A stretch of DNA of 64,000 nt from Eledone cirrhosa (lineage: Eukaryota), in contig OZ024744.1 in NCBI GenBank assembly GCA_964016885.1, positions 20,460,001 to 20,524,000 of the forward strand. The letters are read 5' to 3'. Under the pieces are notes generated by a model that did not search any database, was not told the DNA's origin, and saw only the letters and a program-made list of their open reading frames with translations. The position numbers and the translations under genes were made by a program. Shown here in pieces: positions 1 to 11,541 of this stretch (the first letter of the stretch is position 1; every line of letters begins with the position of its first letter).

Positions 1-3000
1 TTGAATCTTAAGAACTGACTCGTTTTAACAACAGTTGAATCTTAAGATAAAACTCGTTTTAACAACAGTTGAATCTTCAGAACTGACTCGTTTTAACAAC
101 AGCTGAATCTTAAGATAAAACTCGTTTTAACAACAGTTCAAACTTAAGAACTGACTCGTTTTAACAAAAGTTGAATCTTATGAACTCATTCATTTTAACA
201 ACAGTTGAATCTTAAGATAACATTCGTTTTAACAACAGTTGAATCTTAAGAACTGATTCGTTTTAACAACAGTTGAATCTTAAGATAAAACTCGTTTTAA
301 CAACAGTTGAATCTTAAGAACGGACTCGTTTTAACAACAGCTGAATCTTAAGATAAAACTCGTTTTAACAACAGTTGAATCTTAAGAACTGATTCGTTTT
401 AACAACAGTTCAAACTTAAGAACTGACTCGTTTTAACAACAGTTGAATCTTATGAACTGACTCATTTTAACAACAGTTGAATCTTAAGATAACATTCGTT
501 TTAACAACAGTTGAGTCTTAAGAACTGACTCGTTTTAACAACAGTTGAATCTTAAGATAAAACTCGTTTTAACAACAGTTGAATCTTAAGAACTGACTCG
601 TTTTAACGACAGCTGAATCTTAAGATAAAACTCGTTTTAACAACAGTTCAAACTTAAGAAATGACTCGTTTTAACAACAGTTGAATCTTATGAACTGACT
701 CATTTTAACAAAAGTTGAATCTTAAGAACTGATTCGTTTTAACAACAGTTGAATCTTAAGATAACACTCGTTTTAACAACAGTTGAATCTTAAGAACTGA
801 CTCGTTTTAACCACAGCTGAATCTTAAGATAAAACTCGTTTTAATAACAGTTGACTCTTAAGAACTGACTCGTTTTAACAACAGCTGAATCTTAAGATAA
901 AACTCGTTTTAACAACAGTTGAATCTTAAGAACTGACTCGTTTTAACAACAGTTGAATCTTAAGATAAAACTCGTTTGAACAACAGTTGAATCTTATGAA
1001 CTAACTAATTTTTACAACAGTTGAATCTTAAGTTAAAACTCGTTTTAACAACAGTTGAATCTTAAGAACTGACTCGTTTTAACAACAGCTGAATCTTAAG
1101 ATAAAACTCGTTTTAACAACAGTTGAATCTTAAAGAGAAAACTCGCTTTAACAACAGTTGAATCTTAAGAACTGACTCGTTTTAACAACAATTGAATCTT
1201 AAGACAAAACCCGTTTTAACAACAGTTGAATCTTAAGAACTGTCTCGTTTTAACAACAGTTGAATCTTAAGATAAACCTCGTTTTAACAACAGTTTAATC
1301 TTAAGAACTGATTCGTTTTAACAACAGTTGAATCTTAAGACAAAACTCGTTTTAACAACAGTTGAATCTTAAGAACTGACTTGTTCTAACAACAGTTCAG
1401 CCTTAAGAACTGACTCGTTTTAAAACAGTTGAATCGTTAGAACTGACTCGTTTTAACAACGGTTGAATCTTAAAATAAAACTCGTTTTAACAACAGTTGA
1501 TTCTTAAGAACCGACTCGTTTTAACAACAGTTAAATCTAAATAACTGACTCGTTTTAACAACAGTTGAATGTTAAGATAAAACTCGTTTTAACAATAGTT
1601 GAACCTTAAGAACTGACTCGTTTTAACAACAGTTGAATCTTAAGATAAAACTCGTTTTAACAACTGTTGAATCTTAAGAACTGACTCGTTTTAACAACAG
1701 CTGAATCTTAAGATAAAACTCGTTTTAAGAACATTTGAATCTTAAGAACTGACTCGTTTTAACAACAGTTGAATCTTAAGAACTGACTCGTTTTAACAAC
1801 AGTTGAATGTTAAGATAAAACTCGTTTTAACAATAGTTGAATCTTAAGAACTGACTCGTTTTAACAACAGTTGAATCTTAAGATAAAACTCGTTTTAACA
1901 ACAGTTGAATCTTAAGAACTGACTCGTTTTAACAACAGCTGAATCTTAAGATAAAACTCGTTTTAACAACAGTTGAATCCTAAGAACTGACTTGTTTTCT
2001 CAACAGTTCGACCGTAAGAACTGACTCGTTTTAACAACAGTTGAATGTTCAAATAAAACTCGTTTTAACAACAGTTGAATCTTAAGAACTGACTGGTTTT
2101 AACAACAGTTGAATCTTAAGAACTGACTCGTTTTAACAACAGTTGAACATTAAGAACTGTCTCGTTTTAACAACAGTTGAATGTTAAGATAAAACTCGTT
2201 TTAACAATAGTTGAATCTTAAGAACTGACTCGTTTTAACAACAGTTGAATCTTAAGATAAAACTCGTTTTAACAACAGTTGAATCTTAAGAACTGAATCG
2301 TTTTAACAACAGCTGAATCTTAAGATAAAACTCGTTTTAACAACAGTTCAAACTAAAGAAATGACTCGTTTTAACAACAGTTGAATCTTATGAACTGACT
2401 CATTTTAACAACAGTTGAATCTTAAGAACTGATTCGTTTTAACAACAGTTGAATCTTAAGATAAAACTCGTTTTAACAACAGTTGAATCTTAAGAACTGA
2501 CTCGTTTTAGCAACAGCTGAATCTTAAGATAAAAGTCGTTTTAACAACAGTTGAATCTTAAGAACTTACTCGTTTTAACAACAGCTGAATCTTAATATAA
2601 AACTCGTTTTAACAGCAGTTGAATCTTAAGATAAAACTCGTTTTAACAACAGTTGAATCTTAAGAACTGACTCGTTTTAACAACAGTTGAATCTTAAGAT
2701 AAAACTCGTTTTAACAACAGTTGAATCTTATGAACTAACTCATTTTAACAACAGTTGAATCCTAAGAACTGACTTGTTTTATCAACAGTTCAACCGTAAG
2801 AACTGACTCGTTTTAACAACAGTTGAATGTTCAAATAAAACTCGTTTTAACAACAGTTGAATCTTAAGATAAAACTCGTTTTAACAACAGTTGAATCTGA
2901 AGAACTGACTCGTTTTAACAACAGCTGAATCTTAATATAAAACTCGTTTTAACAACAGGTCAAACTTAAGAAATGACTCGTTTTAACAACAGTTGAATCT

Positions 3001-6000
3001 TATGAACTGACTCATTTTAACAACAGTTGAATCTTAAGAACTGATTCGTTTTAACAACAGTTGAATCTTAAGATAAAACTCGTTTTAACAACAGTTGAAT
3101 CTTATGAACTAACTCATTTTAACAACAGTTGAATCTTAAGAACTGACTCGTTTTAACGACAGCTGTATCTTAAGATAAAACTCGTTTTAACAACAGTTGA
3201 ATCTTAAAGATAAAACTCGCTTTAACAACAATTGAATCTTAAGAACTGACTCGTTTTAACAACAGTTGAATCTTAAGACAAAACCCGTTTTAACAACAGT
3301 TGAATCTTAAGAACTGTCTCGTTTTAACAACAGTTGAATCTTAAGATAAACCTCGTTTTAACAACAGTTTAATCTTAAGAACTGACTCGTTTTAACAACA
3401 GTTGAATCTTAAGACAAAACTCGTTTTAACAACAGTTGAATCTTAAGAACTGACTTGTTCTAACAACAGTTCAGCCTTAAGAACTGACTCGTTTTAAAAC
3501 AGTTGAATCGTTAGAACTGACTCGTTTTAACAACAGTTGAATTTTAAGATAAAACTTGTTTTAACAATAGTTGAATCTTAAGAACTGACTCGTTTTAACA
3601 ACAGTTGAATCTTAAGATAGAACTCGTTTTAACAACTGTTGAATCTTAAGAACTGACTCGTTTTAACAACAGCTGAATCTTAAGATAAAACTCGTTTTAA
3701 CAACAGTTGAATCTTAAGAACTGACTCGTTTTAACAACAGTTGAGTCTTCAAAAAAAACTCGTTTTAACAACAGTTGAATCTTAAGAACTGACTCGTTTT
3801 AACAACAGTTGAATGTTAAGATAAAATTCGTTTTAACAATAGTTGAATCTTAAGAACTGACTCGTTTTAACAACAGTTGAATCTTAAGATAAAACTCGTT
3901 TTAACAACAGTTGAATCTTCAGAACTGACTCGTTTTAACAACAGCTGAATCTTAAGATAAAACTCGTTTTAACAACAGTTCAAACTTAAGAACTGACTCG
4001 TTTTAACAAAAGTTGAATCTTATTAACTCATTCATTTTAACAACAGTTGAATCTTAAGATAAAACTCGTTTTAACAACAGTTGAATCTTAAGAACGGACT
4101 CGTTTTAACAACAGCTGAATCTTAAGATAAAACTCGTTTTAACAACAGTTGAATCTTAAGAACTGATTCGTTTTAACAACAGTTCAAACTTAAGAACTGA
4201 CTCGTTTTAACAACAGTTGAATCTTATGAACTGACTCATTTTAACAACAGTTGAATCTTAAGATAACATTCGTTTTAACAACAGTTGAGTCTTAAGAACT
4301 GACTCGTTTTAACAACAGTTGAATCTTAAGATAAAACTCGTTTTAACAACAGTTGAATCTTAAGAACTGACTCGTTTTAACGACAGCTGAATCTTAAGAT
4401 AAAACTCGTTTTAACAACAGTTCAAACTTAAGAAATGACTCGTTTTAACAACAGTTGAATCTTATGAACTGACTCATTTTAACAAAAGTTGAATCTTAAG
4501 AACTGATTCGTTTTAACAACAGTTGAATCTTAAGATAACACTCGTTTTAACAACAGTTGAATCTTAAGAACTGACTCGTTTTAACCACAGCTGAATCTTA
4601 AGATAAAACTCGTTTTAATAACAGTTGACTCTTAAGAACTGACTCGTTTTAACAACAGCTGAATCTTAAGATAAAACTCGTTTTAACAACAGTTGAATCT
4701 TAAGATAAAACTCGTTTTAACAACAGTTGAATCTTAAGAACTGACTCGTTTTAACAACAGTTGAATCTTAAGATAAAACTCGTTTGAACAACAGTTGAAT
4801 CTTATGAACTAACTAATTTTTACAACAGTTGAATCTTAAGTTAAAACTCGTTTTAACAACAGTTGAATCTTAAGAACTGACTCGTTTTAACAACAGCTGA
4901 ATCTTAAGATAAAACTCGTTTTAACAACAGTTGAATCTTAAAGAGAAAACTCGCTTTAACAACAGTTGAATCTTAAGAACTGACTCGTTTTAACAACAAT
5001 TGAATCTTAAGACAAAACCCGTTTTAACAACAGTTGAATCTTAAGAACTGTCTCGTTTTAACAACAGTTGAATCTTAAGATAAACCTCGTTTTAACAACA
5101 GTTTAATCTTAAGAACTGATTCGTTTTAACAACAGTTGAATCTTAAGATAAAACTCGTTATAACAATAGTTGAATCTTAAGAACTGGCTCGTTTTAACAA
5201 CAGTTGAATCTTAAGATAAAACTCGTTTTAACAACAGTTGAATCTTAAGAACTGACTCGTTTTAACAACAGCTGAATCTTAAGATAAAACTCGTTTTAAC
5301 AACAGTTGAATCCTAAGAACTGACTTGTTTTATCAACAGTTCAACCGTAAGAACTGACTCGTTTTAACAACAGTTGAATGTTCAAATAAAACTCGTTTTA
5401 ACAACAGTTGAATCTTAAGATAAAACTCGTTTTAACAACAGTTGAATCTTAAGAACTGACTCGTTTTAACAACAGCTGAATCTTAATATAAAACTCGTTT
5501 TAACAACAGGTCATACTTAAGAAATGACTCGTTTTAACAACAGTTGAATCTTATGAACTGACTCATTTTAACAACAGTTGAATCTTAAGAACTGATTCGT
5601 TTTAACAACAGTTGAATCTTAAGATAAAACTCGTTTTAACAACAGTTGAATCTTATGAACTAACTCATTTTAACAACAGTTGAATCTTAAGAACTGACTC
5701 GTTTTAACGACAGCTGTATCTTAAGATAAAACTCGTTTTAACAACAGTTGAATCTTAAAGATAAAACTCGCTTTAACAACAATTGAATCTTAAGAACTGA
5801 CTCGTTTTAACAACAGTTGAATCTTAAGACAAAACCCGTTTTAACAACAGTTGAATCTTAAGAACTGTCTCGTTTTAACAACAGTTGAATCTTAAGATAA
5901 ACCTCGTTTTAACAACAGTTTAATCTTAAGAACTGACTCGTTTTAACAACAGTTGAATCTTAAGACAAAACTCGTTTTAACAACAGTTGAATCTTAAGAA

Positions 6001-9000
6001 CTGACTTGTTCTAACAACAGTTCAGCCTTAAGAACTGACTCGTTTTAAAACAGTTGAATCGTTAGAACTGACTCGTTTTAACAACAGTTGAATTTTATGA
6101 TAAAACTTGTTTTAACAATAGTTGAATCTTAAGAACTGACTCGTTTTAACAACAGTTGAATCTTAAGATAGAACTCGTTTTAACAACTGTTGAATCTTAA
6201 GAACTGACTCGTTTTAACAACAGCTGAATCTTAAGATAAAACTCGTTTTAACAACAGTTGAATCTTAAGAACTGACTCGTTTTAACAACAGTTGAGTCTT
6301 CAAAAAAAACTCGTTTTAACAACAGTTGAATCTTAAGAACTGACTCGTTTTAACAACAGTTGAATGTTAAGATAAAATTCGTGTTAACAATAGTTGAATC
6401 TTAAGAACTGACTCGTTTTAACAACAGTTGAATCTTAAGATAAAACTCGTTTTAACAACAGTTGAATCTTCAGAACTGACTCGTTTTAACAACAGCTGAA
6501 TCTTAAGATAAAACTCGTTTTAACAACAGTTCAAACTTAAGAACTGACTCGTTTTAACAAAAGTTGAATCTTATGAACTCATTCATTTTAACAACAGTTG
6601 AATCTTAAGATAACATTCGTTTTAACAACAGTTGAATCTTAAGAACTGATTCGTTTTAACAACAGTTGAATCTTAAGATAAAACTCGTTTTAACAACAGT
6701 TGAATCTTAAGAACGGACTCGTTTTAACAACAGCTGAATCTTAAGATAAAACTCGTTTTAACAACAGTTGAATCTTAAGAACTGATTCGTTTTAACAACA
6801 GTTCAAACTTAAGAACTGACTCGTTTTAACAACAGTTGAATCTTATGAACTGACTCATTTTAACAACAGTTGAATCTTAAGATAACATTCGTTTTAACAA
6901 CAGTTGAGTCTTAAGAACTGACTCGTTTTAACAACAGTTGAATCTTAAGATAAAACTCGTTTTAACAACAGTTGAATCTTAAGAACTGACTCGTTTTAAC
7001 GACAGCTGAATCTTAAGATAAAACTCGTTTTAACAACAGTTCAAACTTAAGAAATGACTCGTTTTAACAACAGTTGAATCTTATGAACTGACTCATTTTA
7101 ACAAAAGTTGAATCTTAAGAACTGATTCGTTTTAACAACAGTTGAATCTTAAGATAACACTCGTTTTAACAACAGTTGAATCTTAAGAACTGACTCGTTT
7201 TAACCACAGCTGAATCTTAAGATAAAACTCGTTTTAATAACAGTTGACTCTTAAGAACTGACTCGTTTTAACAACAGCTGAATCTTAAGATAAAACTCGT
7301 TTTAACAACAGTTGAATCTTAAGAACTGACTCGTTTTAACAACAGTTGAATCTTAAGATAAAACTCGTTTGAACAACAGTTGAATCTTATGAACTAACTA
7401 ATTTTTACAACAGTTGAATCTTAAGTTAAAACTCGTTTTAACAACAGTTGAATCTTAAGAACTGACTCGTTTTAACAACAGCTGAATCTTAAGATAAAAC
7501 TCGTTTTAACAACAGTTGAATCTTAAAGAGAAAACTCGCTTTAACAACAGTTGAATCTTAAGAACTGACTCGTTTTAACAACAATTGAATCTTAAGACAA
7601 AACCCGTTTTAACAACAGTTGAATCTTAAGAACTGTCTCGTTTTAACAACAGTTGAATCTTAAGATAAACCTCGTTTTAACAACAGTTTAATCTTAAGAA
7701 CTGATTCGTTTTAACAACAGTTGAATCTTAAGACAAAACTCGTTTTAACAACAGTTGAATCTTAAGAACTGACTTGTTCTAACAACAGTTCAGCCTTAAG
7801 AACTGACTCGTTTTAAAACAGTTGAATCGTTAGAACTGACTCGTTTTAACAACGGTTGAATCTTAAAATAAAACTCGTTTTAACAACAGTTGATTCTTAA
7901 GAACCGACTCGTTTTAACAACAGTTAAATCTAAATAACTGACTCGTTTTAACAACAGTTGAATGTTAAGATAAAACTCGTTTTAACAATAGTTGAACCTT
8001 AAGAACTGACTCGTTTTAACAACAGTTGAATCTTAAGATAAAACTCGTTTTAACAACTGTTGAATCTTAAGAACTGACTCGTTTTAACAACAGCTGAATC
8101 TTAAGATAAAACTCGTTTTAAGAAAATTTGAATCTTAAGAACTGACTCGTTTTAACAACAGTTGAATCTTAAGAACTGACTCGTTTTAACAACAGTTGAA
8201 TGTTAAGATAAAACTCGTTTTAACAATAGTTGAATCTTAAGAACTGACTCGTTTTAACAACAGTTGAATCTTAAGATAAAACTCGTTTTAACAACAGTTG
8301 AATCTTAAGAACTGACTCGTTTTAACAACAGCTGAATCTTAAGATAAAACTCGTTTTAACAACAGTTGAATCCTAAGAACTGACTTGTTTTCTCAACAGT
8401 TCGACCGTAAGAACTGACTCGTTTTAACAACAGTTGAATGTTCAAATAAAACTCGTTTTAACAACAGTTGAATCTTAAGAACTGACTGGTTTTAACAACA
8501 GTTGAATCTTAAGAACTGACTCGTTTTAACAACAGTTGAACATTAAGAACTGTCTCGTTTTAACAACAGTTGAATGTTAAGATAAAACTCGTTTTAACAA
8601 TAGTTGAATCTTAAGAACTGACTCGTTTTAACAACAGTTGAATCTTAAGATAAAACTCGTTTTAACAACAGTTGAATCTTAAGAACTGAATCGTTTTAAC
8701 AACAGCTGAATCTTAAGATAAAACTCGTTTTAACAACAGTTCAAACTAAAGAAATGACTCGTTTTAACAACAGTTGAATCTTATGAACTGACTCATTTTA
8801 ACAACAGTTGAATCTTAAGAACTGATTCGTTTTAACAACAGTTGAATCTTAAGATAAAACTCGTTTTAACAACAGTTGAATCTTAAGAACTGACTCGTTT
8901 TAGCAACAGCTGAATCTTAAGATAAAACTCGTTTTAACAACAGTTGAATCTTAAGAACTTACTCGTTTTAACAACAGCTGAATCTTAATATAAAACTCGT

Positions 9001-11541
9001 TTTAACAGCAGTTGAATCTTAAGATAAAACTCGTTTTAACAACAGTTGAATCTTAAGAACTGACTCGTTTTAACAACAGTTGAATCTTAAGATAAAACTC
9101 GTTTTAACAACAGTTGAATCTTATGAACTAACTCATTTTAACAACAGTTGAATCCTAAGAACTGACTTGTTTTATCAACAGTTCAACCGTAAGAACTGAC
9201 TCGTTTTAACAACAGTTGAATGTTCAAATAAAACTCGTTTTAACAACAGTTGAATCTTAAGATAAAACTCGTTTTAACAACAGTTGAATCTGAAGAACTG
9301 ACTCGTTTTAACAACAGCTGAATCTTAATATAAAACTCGTTTTAACAACAGGTCAAACTTAAGAAATGACTCGTTTTAACAACAGTTGAATCTTATGAAC
9401 TGACTCATTTTAACAACAGTTGAATCTTAAGAACTGATTCGTTTTAACAACAGTTGAATCTTAAGATAAAACTCGTTTTAACAACAGTTGAATCTTATGA
9501 ACTAACTCATTTTAACAACAGTTGAATCTTAAGAACTGACTCGTTTTAACGACAGCTGTATCTTAAGATAAAACTCGTTTTAACAACAGTTGAATCTTAA
9601 AGATAAAACTCGCTTTAACAACAATTGAATCTTAAGAACTGACTCGTTTTAACAACAGTTGAATCTTAAGACAAAACCCGTTTTAACAACAGTTGAATCT
9701 TAAGAACTGTCTCGTTTTAACAACAGTTGAATCTTAAGATAAACCTCGTTTTAACAACAGTTTAATCTTAAGAACTGACTCGTTTTAACAACAGTTGAAT
9801 CTTAAGACAAAACTCGTTTTAACAACAGTTGAATCTTAAGAACTGACTTGTTCTAACAACAGTTCAGCCTTAAGAACTGACTCGTTTTAAAACAGTTGAA
9901 TCGTTAGAACTGACTCGTTTTAACAACAGTTGAATTTTAAGATAAAACTTGTTTTAACAATAGTTGAATCTTAAGAACTGACTCGTTTTAACAACAGTTG
10001 AATCTTAAGATAGAACTCGTTTTAACAACTGTTGAATCTTAAGAACTGACTCGTTTTAACAACAGCTGAATCTTAAGATAAAACTCGTTTTAACAACAGT
10101 TGAATCTTAAGAACTGACTCGTTTTAACAACAGTTGAGTCTTCAAAAAAAACTCGTTTTAACAACAGTTGAATCTTAAGAACTGACTCGTTTTAACAACA
10201 GTTGAATGTTAAGATAAAATTCGTTTTAACAATAGTTGAATCTTAAGAACTGACTCGTTTTAACAACAGTTGAATCTTAAGATAAAACTCGTTTTAACAA
10301 CAGTTGAATCTTCAGAACTGACTCGTTTTAACAACAGCTGAATCTTAAGATAAAACTCGTTTTAACAACAGTTCAAACTTAAGAACTGACTCGTTTTAAC
10401 AAAAGTTGAATCTTATGAACTCATTCATTTTAACAACAGTTGAATCTTAAGATAAAACTCGTTTTAACAACAGTTGAATCTTAAGAACGGACTCGTTTTA
10501 ACAACAGCTGAATCTTAAGATAAAACTCGTTTTAACAACAGTTGAATCTTAAGAACTGATTCGTTTTAACAACAGTTCAAACTTAAGAACTGACTCGTTT
10601 TAACAACAGTTGAATCTTATGAACTGACTCATTTTAACAACAGTTGAATCTTAAGATAACATTCGTTTTAACAACAGTTGAGTCTTAAGAACTGACTCGT
10701 TTTAACAACAGTTGAATCTTAAGATAAAACTCGTTTTAACAACAGTTGAATCTTAAGAACTGACTCGTTTTAACGACAGCTGAATCTTAAGATAAAACTC
10801 GTTTTAACAACAGTTCAAACTTAAGAAATGACTCGTTTTAACAACAGTTGAATCTTATGAACTGACTCATTTTAACAAAAGTTGAATCTTAAGAACTGAT
10901 TCGTTTTAACAACAGTTGAATCTTAAGATAACACTCGTTTTAACAACAGTTGAATCTTAAGAACTGACTCGTTTTAACCACAGCTGAATCTTAAGATAAA
11001 ACTCGTTTTAATAACAGTTGACTCTTAAGAACTGACTCGTTTTAACAACAGCTGAATCTTAAGATAAAACTCGTTTTAACAACAGTTGAATCTTAAGATA
11101 AAACTCGTTTTAACAACAGTTGAATCTTAAGAACTGACTCGTTTTAACAACAGTTGAATCTTAAGATAAAACTCGTTTGAACAACAGTTGAATCTTATGA
11201 ACTAACTAATTTTTACAACAGTTGAATCTTAAGTTAAAACTCGTTTTAACAACAGTTGAATCTTAAGAACTGACTCGTTTTAACAACAGCTGAATCTTAA
11301 GATAAAACTCGTTTTAACAACAGTTGAATCTTAAAGAGAAAACTCGCTTTAACAACAGTTGAATCTTAAGAACTGACTCGTTTTAACAACAATTGAATCT
11401 TAAGACAAAACCCGTTTTAACAACAGTTGAATCTTAAGAACTGTCTCGTTTTAACAACAGTTGAATCTTAAGATAAACCTCGTTTTAACAACAGTTTAAT
11501 CTTAAGAACTGATTCGTTTTAACAACAGTTGAATCTTAAGA
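1..11541. repeat. Higher-order duplication, period 6,393 bp (188 monomers +1): 1-5148 recurs at 6394-11541
   Basis: Rare markers recur at a constant offset of 6393: CTTCAG 75/6468, TTCGACCG 2007/8400, A8 run 3751/10144. Match breaks at ~5149/11542. Confidence 0.93.

Noticed and set aside
3741-3774. A8 run as a poly(A) or retro-insertion scar
   Set aside because: The monomer stays 34 bp; it is a substitution derivative of the CTTCAAATAAAACTCG variant.
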